Assembly: GCA_963728205.1 (NCBI GenBank)
Contig: CAVSIV010000006.1
Location: 64,001-128,000, forward strand
DNA from: an uncultured Chloroflexia bacterium
GTDB taxonomy: Bacteria; Chloroflexota; Dehalococcoidia; UBA2979
Direction of reading: 5' to 3'
Length of the DNA stretch: 64,000 nucleotides
The translations under genes and the position numbers were made by a program. A model generated the notes under the pieces. It was not told the origin of the DNA, searched no databases, and saw only the letters and a program-made list of their open reading frames with translations. This document shows positions 38,889-48,584 of the stretch, piece after piece; within the stretch, counting starts at the first letter, position 1; the number at the start of each line of letters is the position of its first letter.

Positions 38889-39653
38889 GTGGCGACCCCG
38901 CGACCCCTGCCCCGAGTGCTCACGGCGCTGGCCGCCGCGGCCGCGCTCACGCTGCTGCCGACCGCATGCGGCGGAGGCGCGTCCCCGGGCGCCGCGGCGA
39001 GCCCGACCCCCGCCGCCACAGCAACGGCGCCGCTCGCGACGCCGACGCCCACCCCGAGCCCCACGCCCACGGCGACGCCGTCACCGACCCCCACCCCGGA
39101 CGCCACCACGCTCGGCATCGCCGGGCCGCCGCGCGCCGCCACCCCGTTCCCGACGCCGCCGCCCCGCGAGGGCACTCTTCCGCCGAACGACAGCGGCATC
39201 GCGCGCGTGGTCGCGCCCGGGCTGATCAACGACCTCTACATCGAGGTCATCCACGTCGTCGACAACCAGATGCAGTCGCCGGTGGACGGCGAGTACTCGG
39301 TGGGCTGGTACCCCGAGTACGGCATGCCGGGCGCGGCCGATAACGCGGTCTTTGCCGCGCACGAGACCTGGAACCACTTCCAGGGGCCGTTCTACCACCT
39401 GCACCTCGCGCAGCCGGGTGACCCGATCAGCATCGAGATGAGCGACGGCACGACATACCACTACGAGGTGATGAGCGAGCACCGCTACGCGGTGGCGACG
39501 ATCCCGATGGCGGACATCCTCTGGCCGAAGGACCGCCCCGCCGGCGAGCAGTGGATCACGCTCATGACCTGCGGCGGGCGCATCGTCTATGACTCGACCG
39601 GCTTCGGTGAGTACCTGGATCGTGACGTGATCGTCGCGAAACGAGTGAGCTAG
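38889..39653 (+). CDS. Class F sortase (lipoprotein)
   Basis: Lipobox PTAC, PT-rich linker, VGWY...PG..NAVFAAH, PFYHL...PGD, ITLMTCGG...R (His/Cys/Arg triad). Confidence 0.88.
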   Translation: MATPRPLPRVLTALAAAAALTLLPTACGGGASPGAAASPTPAATATAPLATPTPTPSPTPTATPSPTPTPDATTLGIAGPPRAATPFPTPPPREGTLPPNDSGIARVVAPGLINDLYIEVIHVVDNQMQSPVDGEYSVGWYPEYGMPGAADNAVFAAHETWNHFQGPFYHLHLAQPGDPISIEMSDGTTYHYEVMSEHRYAVATIPMADILWPKDRPAGEQWITLMTCGGRIVYDSTGFGEYLDRDVIVAKRVS

Positions 39654-39721
39654 ACAGTCCCTCGCCGCGCGGAGAATCCCCTCTCGCTCGGCGTCACGCG
39701 TCACCGACGACCGCGAGAATT

Positions 39722-39750
39722 TTGACACTCCGGGAACACCCCGATAGGGT
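39722..39750 (+). promoter_or_regulatory. Sigma70-type promoter of the osmoprotectant operon
   Basis: TTGACA (39722-39727), 17 bp, TAGGGT (39745-39750). Confidence 0.75.
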
Positions 39751-39998
39751 CGAGAAACAGACCCCCCACCGGCCTTTCCGTGCGCGCACCGCGCCCCGGT
39801 CGGTAACGGGGCGTCGCGATCGGGTGCGCGTCCTCGCGGTACCGGCGATCGCACGAGGCGCGAGAACGCACGGTCCGCCCGTCGCCGAGCTTCCGTATCG
39901 CTCTCGCGTCCGGGCGTCCATGGCGCGCGACCACGCTCCCACGCGCCGCTCGCCCCGGCGCCGAATCGAGACGCAAGGCGGCAGAAGCGAGCGCATCG

Positions 39999-41240
39999 AT
40001 GACGGACATGCACATCCAGGGCGCGACGAAGGTGTTCGGGCACGACCCCGAGCGCGCCCGGCCGCTCGTCGAGCAGGGCCTGTCGAAAGCCGACATCCAG
40101 GAGCAGACCGGGCTCGTCCTCGCCGTGCGCGAGGTCACGTTCGACGTGCGCGAGGGCGAGATCTTCGTCGTCATGGGGCTCTCCGGCTCGGGCAAGTCGA
40201 CGCTCGTGCGCATGCTCAACGGCCTGTTCACGCCGACCTGGGGGAGCGTCCTGATCGGCGATCGCGACATCACCAAGCTCTCGGAAGACGACCTCCGCGC
40301 GTTCCGCGCGCGCGACATCAGCATGGTCTTCCAGCACTTCGCGCTGTTCCCGCACCGCACGGTGCTCGAGAACGCGGGCTTCGGTCCACAGGTGCAGGGG
40401 GCGTCGCGCGAGGAGCGCGAGGAGCGCTCGCGCGAGGCGCTGCGCATGGTCGGCCTCGAGGGCTGGGAGGACAGCTACCCGTCGCAGCTCTCGGGCGGCA
40501 TGCAACAGCGCGTCGGCCTCGCGCGGGCGCTGGCGTCGAACGCGTCGATCATGCTGATGGACGAGGCGTTCAGCGCGCTCGACCCGCTGATCCGGCGCGA
40601 GATGCAGGACCAGCTGCTCGAGCTGCAGGAGTCGCTCGGCCGCACCATCGTCTTCATCACCCACGACCTGAACGAGGCGATGCGCATCGGCGACCGCATC
40701 GCCGTGATGCGCGACGGCGAGGTCGTCCAGATCGGCACGTCGGAGGAGATCCTGACGGCGCCGGCGACGGACTACGTGGCGGCGTTCATCCAGGACGTCG
40801 ACCCGACGCGCGTGCTGACGGCATCGTCGATCATGCGCGAGCCGCAGGCGTTCGTCTCGCCGCGTGTCGGCCCGCACGTCGCCGTCCGGCGCATGGAGGA
40901 GCTGCAGCGCACCGACCTCTACCTGATGACGCCCGACCACCACGTCCACGGCTGGATCACCGACCGCGATCTCGCGGAGGCGGTGAAGCGCGGCGACACG
41001 TCGCTGCAGGGCATCGCGCGCGACGGCTACCCGCGGGCGCGGCCGGACACGTCGATCTCGGAGCTGTTCGCGCTCGCGGTGGAGCACACGCTACCGGTCG
41101 CCGTCATCGACGAATCCGAGCGGCTCGTGGGGGTCGTCCCGCGCGTCGCGCTGCTGGCCGCGCAGGCGCGCTCGGAGCATGCGCCGAACGGCGGGACGCC
41201 GGGCGGCGAGGGCGAAGGAGACGTCGATGCCGCGGATTGA
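39999..41240 (+). CDS. proV: Glycine betaine/proline ABC transporter ATP-binding subunit with CBS domains
   Basis: GEIFVVMGLSGSGKST, LSGGMQQRVGLARAL, DEAFSALDPLIRREMQ. Confidence 0.95.
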   Translation: MTDMHIQGATKVFGHDPERARPLVEQGLSKADIQEQTGLVLAVREVTFDVREGEIFVVMGLSGSGKSTLVRMLNGLFTPTWGSVLIGDRDITKLSEDDLRAFRARDISMVFQHFALFPHRTVLENAGFGPQVQGASREEREERSREALRMVGLEGWEDSYPSQLSGGMQQRVGLARALASNASIMLMDEAFSALDPLIRREMQDQLLELQESLGRTIVFITHDLNEAMRIGDRIAVMRDGEVVQIGTSEEILTAPATDYVAAFIQDVDPTRVLTASSIMREPQAFVSPRVGPHVAVRRMEELQRTDLYLMTPDHHVHGWITDRDLAEAVKRGDTSLQGIARDGYPRARPDTSISELFALAVEHTLPVAVIDESERLVGVVPRVALLAAQARSEHAPNGGTPGGEGEGDVDAAD

Positions 41241-42069
41241 GCTCGGTCAGTGGATCGCCGACTTCGTCGACTTCCTGACGGCGCACGGCGGGCCGTTCTT
41301 CCACGCAGTCAGCTGGCTGCTCGACGGGCCGATTCGCGGTATCGACTGGCTGCTCATGCTGCTGCCGGCCGTGGTGATGGGCATCCTCGCCGCGCTGATC
41401 GCGTGGTACCTGCGCGGGCGCTGGTTCGCGCTGTTCACGCTGCTCGCGTTCTGGCTCATCGACTCGATGGCGGTCTGGCCGGAGGCGATGTCGACGTTGT
41501 CGCTCGTGCTCGTCGCGACGGGGAGCGCCCTGCTGATCGCGATCCCGACCGGCATCCTGGCCGCGCGCAGCGAGCTCGTCGCGACGGTGGTGCGGCCGGT
41601 GCTGGACTTCATGCAGACGCTGCCGGCGTTCGTGTACCTGCTCCCGGCGATCTTCTTCTTCGGGATCGGCATCGTGCCGGGCGTCGTCTCGACGCTGATC
41701 TTCGCGATGCCGCCGGGCGTGCGGCTCACGGAGCTGGGCATCCGCAACGTCGACCCGGAGGTCGTGGAGGCCGCCGAGGCCTTCGGCGCGACGCCGAACC
41801 AGATCCTGTTCGGCGTTCAGCTGCCGCTGGCGCTGCCGACCATCATGGCCGGCGTCAACCAGGTGATCATGCTGTCGCTGTCGATGGTCGTGATCGCCGG
41901 GCTGATCGGCGCGGGCGGCCTCGGCGCCGTGGTCGTGCGCGGCATGAGCCGGCTCGACATCGCGCTCGGCTTCGAGGGCGGCATCGCCATCGTCGTGCTC
42001 GCGATCTTCCTCGATCGCACGACCGAGGTGCTCGGCCGCTTGGCGAACCCCATGCGCACGGCCGAGTGA
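41227..42069 (+). CDS. proW: Glycine betaine/proline ABC transporter permease
   Basis: PVLDFMQTLPAFVYL, EAAEAFG, IMAGVNQVIMLSLSMVVIA. Confidence 0.95.
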   Translation: MPRIELGQWIADFVDFLTAHGGPFFHAVSWLLDGPIRGIDWLLMLLPAVVMGILAALIAWYLRGRWFALFTLLAFWLIDSMAVWPEAMSTLSLVLVATGSALLIAIPTGILAARSELVATVVRPVLDFMQTLPAFVYLLPAIFFFGIGIVPGVVSTLIFAMPPGVRLTELGIRNVDPEVVEAAEAFGATPNQILFGVQLPLALPTIMAGVNQVIMLSLSMVVIAGLIGAGGLGAVVVRGMSRLDIALGFEGGIAIVVLAIFLDRTTEVLGRLANPMRTAE

Positions 42070-42178
42070 CGGCCGCGCCAGCCCAACCACGTGATGCACG
42101 CGACGCATGTCGCAGCCGGGCTACCGAGGGTGCACCGGGCGGCCCGGAGGAGAAGCAACGGAACAGGAAGGACACCGC

Positions 42179-43183
42179 GTGTTGATTCCGAAACATCGAA
42201 TTCGCGAGAGGTGGATGCGACCGGTCGCGCTCGTGGCGGTCGCGCTCGCCTCTCTCGCGCTGCTGGCCGCGTGCAGCAGTAGCGGCAACGCCACGAGCAC
42301 GCCGGCGGCCGGCGGCGGGACGGCCGCGGCCACGGGCACTGCCGCGACCACCGGCACGACGGCGCCGGGCGGCGGCCAGGTCGGCGCCGGCAAGACCGTC
42401 GACATCGGCTACGTCCCCGGCTGGGACGAGGGTGTCGCTGCGACGTATCTCTGGCAGGAGCTGCTGCAGGAGCAGGGCTACCAGGTCAAGCTCACGTCGC
42501 TCGACGTCGCGCCGCTCTACGCGGGCATCGCCCAGGGCGACGTGGACATGTACCTCGACGCCTGGCTGCCGGGCACACACAAGGTCTACATGGACAAGTT
42601 CCAGGGCAAGCTCAACGAGCTGCACACCTGGTACTCGCCGGCCGGCCTCTACCTGACCGTGCCGTCGTACGTGAAGGACGTGAACAGCCTCGCCAATCTC
42701 GCCGACCACAAGAGCGAGTTCAACGGCAAGATCATCGGCATCGAGGCCGGCGCCGGGATGATGGGCATCGCGCGCGACAAGGTGATGCCCAACTACGGCT
42801 TGAGCGACTGGACGCTCGTGGAGGGCTCGACGCCGGCGATGCTGGCCGAGCTGCAGAAGGCGATCAACGCGCAGGAGCCGATCGTGGTGACGCTGTGGTC
42901 ACCCGGCTGGTGGTACGGGAAGTGGGACCTCAAGAACCTGAAGGACCCGAAGAACGCCTGGGGCCCGCCGGACCACATCTCCGTGGTCACGCGGAACGGC
43001 TTCACGGACGACTTCCCCGCGTTCACGAAGGAACTGAACAACTTCCACATGGACGACGCGCCGCTGGCGTCGCTCGAAAACACGATCAAGGACGCCGGGA
43101 AGGGCAACGAGGCCAAGGCCGTGAAGGACTGGCTGTCGAAGCCCGAGAACCGCAAGCTCGCGGACGGCTGGATCGGCGAGTAA
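42179..43183 (+). CDS. proX: Glycine betaine ABC transporter substrate-binding lipoprotein (OpuAC-like)
   Basis: LAAC lipobox, WDEG, AWLPGTH, IIGIEAGAG, IVVTLWSP, LKDPK; start at 42179 (GTG) or 42215 (ATG). Confidence 0.92.
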   Translation: MLIPKHRIRERWMRPVALVAVALASLALLAACSSSGNATSTPAAGGGTAAATGTAATTGTTAPGGGQVGAGKTVDIGYVPGWDEGVAATYLWQELLQEQGYQVKLTSLDVAPLYAGIAQGDVDMYLDAWLPGTHKVYMDKFQGKLNELHTWYSPAGLYLTVPSYVKDVNSLANLADHKSEFNGKIIGIEAGAGMMGIARDKVMPNYGLSDWTLVEGSTPAMLAELQKAINAQEPIVVTLWSPGWWYGKWDLKNLKDPKNAWGPPDHISVVTRNGFTDDFPAFTKELNNFHMDDAPLASLENTIKDAGKGNEAKAVKDWLSKPENRKLADGWIGE

Positions 43184-43205
43184 TTCCGCCGCTCCGATGA
43201 GCGCA

Positions 43206-43240
43206 GGAGACGCCCGCCTCTCGGCGGGCGTCTCCGTGTT
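43206..43240 (+). terminator. Intrinsic terminator of proVWX
   Basis: 13-bp stem ggagacgcccgcc/ggcgggcgtctcc followed by gtgtt. Confidence 0.75.
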
Positions 43241-43303
43241 CGCACGCGGGGTCGTCCCCGCGCCGGCGCGGGAGCCCGCGCGAGGCGCCGACGTCGTGAC
43301 GGG

Positions 43304-43774
43304 TTACGCGATCGGCTGGACGACCTCGGTCTCCCAGCGCTCCGGATTCGGTTCCGCCTCCGGATCGATGCGGTAGCTCTCCCACATCGGCCCGGCGGGA
43401 TGCAGGCCGCGCTCCGCGATCCAGCCCATCATCGCGCCGTACGTCTCGGCCAGCCGCTCATACGGGCCGTGGTGGAGGGCGACCGCTACGCGGCCGCCCG
43501 GGACCTCGCCCGGCTCCACGCGGCCGTCGGCCGCGATCGGCGCCGCGACCGGGAACCCCACCTCGATCTGCATCTCGCCCGGCGGCGGTGTCAGGTAGCG
43601 CACATACGGCTCGCCCGCCGGGACGATGCCGCGACGTCCCAGCGACGCCCCGATCTCGCCGAAGCACTCGCCGATGCGCTCTGCGATGTGCTCCAGGTCC
43701 GCGCTCGTGCGGATCACCGCCGCGGGCCACGGCCCGCGCTGCTCCTCCCGGATCTCGACCCGTTGCGCGACCAT
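43304..43774 (-). CDS. GyrI-like small-molecule binding protein
   Basis: EVGFPV, HHGPYERL..TY, WESY..DP...WETEV. Confidence 0.9.
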   Translation of the reverse strand: MVAQRVEIREEQRGPWPAAVIRTSADLEHIAERIGECFGEIGASLGRRGIVPAGEPYVRYLTPPPGEMQIEVGFPVAAPIAADGRVEPGEVPGGRVAVALHHGPYERLAETYGAMMGWIAERGLHPAGPMWESYRIDPEAEPNPERWETEVVQPIA

Positions 43775-43976
43775 CGCTCACTCCCGTCTCTAACCGTCGC
43801 CCCAGCGATCACACCGCTCCCTCCGCGCCGTGCACAGGGTCCGCGGTCCCGCGAAAGCGACGACCGCGCCGGGCGCCGGGTGATCAGATCACCGCGCGGC
43901 GGGGCGACCCGGCCTTCGCGGCCGCGTACCATCGGACCCCACGCCCCACTGCGCATCGCGACGAGGAGCACGCCCC

Positions 43977-44720
43977 ATGCCCCCGACGACCGACTGGGCC
44001 GGCCTCGGCCGCCGCCTCTCCACCGCCCTCGGCACGGACGTTCCGCCGATTGCGATCACGTTCGCGGCGGAGATGCCGGCCGACGTCCCGCCCTTCGACG
44101 ACCCGATGCCGGCCCCGCATGAGACCGACGGCCGCACCGGCCGCGTCGCCGCCGGGTGCGTGTTCTGGATGAAGTCGACCGACCGCACCTTCAGCACCGT
44201 CGCTGCCGACCACGCGAACTGCTCGGTCGGCGCGATGACCCACGGCTTCAAGACGCTCGACGAGGTCGCGGCGAACACGGACGTTGCCGCGCTGCTCGAG
44301 AGCGGCTGGGTCTCGCTCGAGGTCGTCCCGCAGATCCCCGTCGTCTCGCAGCGTCCCGCGGCGGTCGTCTACGGCCCGCTCGCGGACACGCCGACCGACC
44401 CGGACGTCGTCCTGCTGCGGATCACCGCCCGTCAGCTGATGGTGATGTCCGACGCGCTGCCCGGCCTCCGCATCGAGGGCAAGCCGCAGTGCCACATCGT
44501 CGGGATGGCGAAGGAGCACGGCGAGGTCGCCGCCAGCGTCGGCTGCCAGCTCAGCCGCGTGCGCACCGGCATGGCGAACTCCGAGATGACGCTCGCGATC
44601 CCGGGGGATCGGCTCGGCGAGGTCGTCGACGCCGTGGAGGCCACCTCGGCATGCGACGGCGCCGTCGCGCGCTATGCGTCGCAGGACATGGCCCGCTTCG
44701 CGACCACGCCGGGTCGCTAG
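43977..44720 (+). CDS. DUF169 domain protein
   Basis: GCVFW, CSVG, VYGPL...DPDVV, QC, SVGC..SR pattern; GAGGAG RBS. Confidence 0.82.
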   Translation: MPPTTDWAGLGRRLSTALGTDVPPIAITFAAEMPADVPPFDDPMPAPHETDGRTGRVAAGCVFWMKSTDRTFSTVAADHANCSVGAMTHGFKTLDEVAANTDVAALLESGWVSLEVVPQIPVVSQRPAAVVYGPLADTPTDPDVVLLRITARQLMVMSDALPGLRIEGKPQCHIVGMAKEHGEVAASVGCQLSRVRTGMANSEMTLAIPGDRLGEVVDAVEATSACDGAVARYASQDMARFATTPGR

Positions 44721-44733
44721 GCAGACGCCGACC

Positions 44734-45696
44734 GTGCCCCTGCCGCGCCTCGCGATCCTCGACGACTACCAGGGCGTCGCGCTGGCATCCGCGGACTGGA
44801 GGCGTGTGCGCGATCGCTGCGACGTCGTCGTGCACCGCGACCACCTGGATGACGAGGGGGCGGTCGCGGAGCGCCTGCGCGACGCGGAGATCGTGGTGGC
44901 GATGCGCGAGCGCACGCCGTTCCCGCGCTCGCTGTTCGCCCGGCTCCCCGCGCTGCGGCTGCTCGTGACCACCGGCATGGGCAACGCCGCGATCGACCTC
45001 GTCGCCGCGCGCGAGCACGGCGTGACCGTGTGCGGAACCGGCGGGCTGCCCTACCCGACCGCCGAGCTGACGTGGGGGCTGATCCTCGCGCTCGCGCGTC
45101 GCATCCCCGCCGAGCACGCGGCGATCCACGACGGCCGCTGGCAGACCGCGCTCGGCGACGGGCTGCACGGGAAGACGCTCGGCGTGCTCGGGCTCGGACG
45201 CCTCGGCGGGCAGGTGGCGACGGTGGGCCGCGCCTTCGGCATGGAGGTCGTCGCATGGAGCCAGCACCTGGCGCGCGACCGCACCGACGCGCTCGGCGTG
45301 ACGCTGGCCGCGAGCAAGGAGGCGCTGCTCGAGCAGGCCGACGTCGTGACCATCCACCTGGTGCTGTCGGACCGCACGCGCGGGCTGATCGGCGCGCCGG
45401 AGCTGGTGCGCATGCGCGACACCGCCTACCTCGTGAACACGTCGCGCGGGCCGATCGTCGACGAGGGCGCGCTCGTCGACGCGCTGCGCGAGCGCCGCAT
45501 CGCCGGGGCCGCGCTCGACGTCTTCGAGCGCGAGCCGCTGCCCGCCGGCCACCCGCTGCTCGCGCTCGACAACGTCGTGCTCACGCCGCACATCGGCTAC
45601 GTGACGAAGGAGACGTACGCGGTCTTCTTCGGCGAGGCGGTCGAGGACGTGCTCGCGTTCCTCGACGGCGCGCCGGTCCGCGTGCTCGGGCCGTAG
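44734..45696 (+). CDS. D-2-hydroxyacid dehydrogenase family protein
   Basis: AILDDYQ, MRERT, GLGRLG, NTSRGPIVDE, DVFEREPLP, TPHIGY. Confidence 0.93.
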   Translation: MPLPRLAILDDYQGVALASADWRRVRDRCDVVVHRDHLDDEGAVAERLRDAEIVVAMRERTPFPRSLFARLPALRLLVTTGMGNAAIDLVAAREHGVTVCGTGGLPYPTAELTWGLILALARRIPAEHAAIHDGRWQTALGDGLHGKTLGVLGLGRLGGQVATVGRAFGMEVVAWSQHLARDRTDALGVTLAASKEALLEQADVVTIHLVLSDRTRGLIGAPELVRMRDTAYLVNTSRGPIVDEGALVDALRERRIAGAALDVFEREPLPAGHPLLALDNVVLTPHIGYVTKETYAVFFGEAVEDVLAFLDGAPVRVLGP

Positions 45697-45766
45697 CAGG
45701 GTCCGCCCCGCGGCGAGGCGGGCCGGGTCGGCCGTCGCGCGGCAGCGGATGCTCGCATACCGCCGC

Positions 45767-46267
45767 TCAGAACCGGAGCAGCTCCTTGCGCAGCAGCAGC
45801 GTCGTGCCGCCGTTGCGCGACGGCTCGTCGGCGCCGGTCGGCGCGTAGCCCCGTCGCGCGTAGAAGGCACGGGCGCGCGCGTTCGCGCCCTCGACCCACA
45901 GCTCCACGGCGCTCGACCCGAGCGCGCGGGCGAAGGCCTCTGCGGCGTCGAGGAGCCCGCCCGCCCATCCGCCGCCGCGCAGGTCGTCGTCGACCCACAT
46001 CGCGCCGACGTAGGTGTCGTGCGGCGGCTCGGGCGCGACGCGCACGAAGACGGTGCCGGCCAGGGCGCCGTCGCCGCGGTCGACGACGAAGAGCGCCTCC
46101 TCCATCGCGTCGGCGCTCCGCGCTGCGCGCTCCGCCCACAGCGCGCCCGGGTACGCGAGCTCCTCGGCGTAGGTGGAGCCGAACGCCTCGGGAGCGAGAT
46201 GCAGCGCGCGCAGCCGCACCTCGCGGTACGCGTCCGCCTCGTCGGCACGGATGCGGCGGATCTCCAC
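45767..46267 (-). CDS. GNAT acetyltransferase
   Basis: RLRAL..APEAFGS, MWVD...RGGG, N.RARAFYARRGY. Confidence 0.88.
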   Translation of the reverse strand: MEIRRIRADEADAYREVRLRALHLAPEAFGSTYAEELAYPGALWAERAARSADAMEEALFVVDRGDGALAGTVFVRVAPEPPHDTYVGAMWVDDDLRGGGWAGGLLDAAEAFARALGSSAVELWVEGANARARAFYARRGYAPTGADEPSRNGGTTLLLRKELLRF

Positions 46268-46287
46268 GGCGGCTCCTCGCGAACCCA

Positions 46288-46375
46288 CAGCGGCGGCAGA
46301 CATGCCGCCGACAGGTCGGCGGCGCCACGCGCGGACCGCGTCCGCGTGCTGTCGGCGGCATGTCTGCCGCCGCTG
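46288..46375. repeat. Family A REPIN
   Basis: Inverted arms cagcggcggcagacatgccgccgacag / ctgtcggcggcatgtctgccgccgctg. Confidence 0.9.
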
Positions 46376-46496
46376 CGGCGAGTCTAGGGGCGGAGCGCGC
46401 GGCGGCGTGACGTTGGTCTCCCCGGCACACGGCCACTCCGCCGTGTGATCGGCGCTCGGGGGGCGCTATCGTGCTCCGAGGACTGAGGAGACGACG

Positions 46497-46739
46497 ATGA
46501 CCGCACAGCCGCCCACCGGCTCACACCTCGACGAGTGGCGCGCGGAGCGCCGGCGCCACCGCGGCGCGCGGCACGCGTTCATCGGCGTCGTGCTGGTGAT
46601 CGTCGGCGTCGTGTTCCTGCTGCAGTCGCTCGACGTCTGGACCGTGCGCGGCGACGTCGTCTGGCCGATCATCGTGATCGCGCTCGGCGCCTGGTCCGTG
46701 CTGACGTCGCTGCTGCCGATCGGCGGCCGCCAGAGCTGA
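46497..46739 (+). CDS. Small membrane protein (LiaI/LiaF-like TM, DUF5668-like)
   Basis: GVVLVIVGVVFLL...WPIIVIALG; GAGGAG RBS. Confidence 0.8.
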   Translation: MTAQPPTGSHLDEWRAERRRHRGARHAFIGVVLVIVGVVFLLQSLDVWTVRGDVVWPIIVIALGAWSVLTSLLPIGGRQS

Positions 46740-46748
46740 CGGGCGCGC

Positions 46749-47150
46749 CTACCCCGGGATCACCGCGCAGCTGAGCTGGGCGATCGCGCAGAGGGTCCCG
46801 GCCTCGGCGTCGCGCACCTCGACCGTCCCCACCGCGAGCCGTCGCCCCTTGCGCACCATCCGCGCGTCGACGTGCGTGACGGCGCCGCGCGCGGCCGAGA
46901 GATATTCCACGCTGACCTCGCGGGTCGGGCCGGCGCGCTCTGCGCCCTCCAGCATCGCGTCCAGGCAGACGCGCATCGCGGTCTCCGTCAGCGCCGCGAG
47001 CACGCCGCCGTTGATGCCGTCGCGCGCGCCGCGCACCCGGATCGACTCGTGCGGCGCGGCGATGCGCGCGAAGCCGGGCTCGGCGCGCTCGACGCGCAGG
47101 CCGAACTCGCGGAAGAACGGCGTGGCATCCCACTCGGCCGCGGCCGTCAC
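46749..47150 (-). CDS. PaaI/hotdog-fold thioesterase
   Basis: GINGGVLAAL.E, VEYL, RKGRRLAV. Confidence 0.85.
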   Translation of the reverse strand: MTAAAEWDATPFFREFGLRVERAEPGFARIAAPHESIRVRGARDGINGGVLAALTETAMRVCLDAMLEGAERAGPTREVSVEYLSAARGAVTHVDARMVRKGRRLAVGTVEVRDAEAGTLCAIAQLSCAVIPG

Positions 47151-47578
47151 GCGGCGCCGCCCTCGTTCGCCGGGCGCAGCGAGTACGCGCTGAGCCCGCG
47201 CGCGACGGCCTGCCCCGTCTCGTCCTCCGCCGCGATCTCGGAGAGCGCCTCGTAGGTCGACCAGTAGACGACCTCGGCCCGCACGGTCACGGCGCCCGAC
47301 GGCTCGCCGAGCATGTTCAGGTGCAGGCTCGCGGTGCCGTTCGGCCGCTCCCGCGTGGGGTCGATGCGCGAGCGCACCGACTGCAGCGCGGCGATGTCGG
47401 CGGCGTAGTGGAGCGCGGCGGCGGCGAAGAGCGGGTCCTCGTCGCGCTCGTCACCGAAGGGAACGTCGAGCCGCAGCTCGGCGTGCCCGGCGGCGGCCTC
47501 GAGCACGCGCACGTTGAAGCGCGCCGCCTGCCCGCTGGAGAAGGTGCGACGGTCGTCGAAATCGGGGGCGTTCGTCAT
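47147..47578 (-). CDS. Divergent hotdog-fold protein
   Basis: TASLHLN, VRAEVV, VARG strands; lacks the HGG motif; GTGA overlap with the next gene. Confidence 0.7.
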   Translation of the reverse strand: MTNAPDFDDRRTFSSGQAARFNVRVLEAAAGHAELRLDVPFGDERDEDPLFAAAALHYAADIAALQSVRSRIDPTRERPNGTASLHLNMLGEPSGAVTVRAEVVYWSTYEALSEIAAEDETGQAVARGLSAYSLRPANEGGAA

Positions 47579-47669
47579 CGCGTCATGGAGTCGCGGCGGC
47601 GCGGGCCGGGCGGCGCATGCGTCGCGCCGGCCCGCGCGGGGCCGGCGCGACGCTGCCGGCCGGTCCCGG

Positions 47670-48494
47670 CTAGGCGATGAGCTCCGCCGGCTGGAGCGAG
47701 AACTCGCGGATCATCTCGTCGGCGTACGTGATCTTCCCCGTGATCTCCTTCGGGTCGCCGTGCACGAGCCGCAGGCACGCCTCGGCCATGTGCTCGACGG
47801 GCGTCGCGCGGTCCTTGTTCGATTCGTTGATCAGCTTGTGGTAGACGACGCCCGGCGTCGCGATCAGGCCCGGCGAGATCACGTTCACGCCGACGCTGTC
47901 GCGGTAGACCTCGGAGGCGAGCCCGGTGGTGAAGCGCTCGAGCGCGGCCTTGCACATGCCGTAGACGGTGCCACCGCCGCCGCCCTCGCCGAGGGCGTCC
48001 TTCTTCGGGTGCAGCGCGGCGTGCGACGACACGTTCACGATCCAGCCCGACTTCCGCTCGCGCATCCCCGGCAACACCATCTGCGCGAGGTGGATCGGCG
48101 CGAACACCTGGACCTCGAACATCAGCTTGTAGCGGCGCTCGGGGAAGTCCTGGATCGGGATGAAGAACGTGACGGCCGCGTTGTTCACGAGGATGTCGAC
48201 CGGGCCGAACGTGTCCTCGGCCTGCTTGATCAGGTTCTTGCGGTCCTCGTCGTTCGCGAGGTCGCAGCGCACGGCGAGCCCCTCGCCGCCGGCGGCCTTG
48301 ATGCGCTCGACGACGGAGTTAATGCTGCCGGGCAGCTGGTGATCGCCCTCGTTCACGGTCCGGGCGGACACCACGACCTTCGCGCCCTCGGCGGCGTAGC
48401 GAAGCGCGATGGCCTCGCCGATGCCGCGCGACGCGCCGGTGACGACGGCGACCTTGCCCGCGAGAAGTCCGCTCTTGTTGACGCTGGCTGCCAT
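47670..48494 (-). CDS. SDR family oxidoreductase
   Basis: TGASRGIG, DILVNNA, YGMCK. Confidence 0.95.
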   Translation of the reverse strand: MAASVNKSGLLAGKVAVVTGASRGIGEAIALRYAAEGAKVVVSARTVNEGDHQLPGSINSVVERIKAAGGEGLAVRCDLANDEDRKNLIKQAEDTFGPVDILVNNAAVTFFIPIQDFPERRYKLMFEVQVFAPIHLAQMVLPGMRERKSGWIVNVSSHAALHPKKDALGEGGGGGTVYGMCKAALERFTTGLASEVYRDSVGVNVISPGLIATPGVVYHKLINESNKDRATPVEHMAEACLRLVHGDPKEITGKITYADEMIREFSLQPAELIA

Positions 48495-48584
48495 ACCCTG
48501 GCCTCTCTCTCGTCCTGGGGTTGCCCGGGTGTTCTACCACCACCCTCGCTCCGCGGCGAGCCGGGCGGCACGTACACTCCGCCC

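Noticed and set aside
38995-39110. Short tandem ccgacgccc-like repeats
   Set aside because: They encode the Pro-Thr linker of the sortase; not an independent element.
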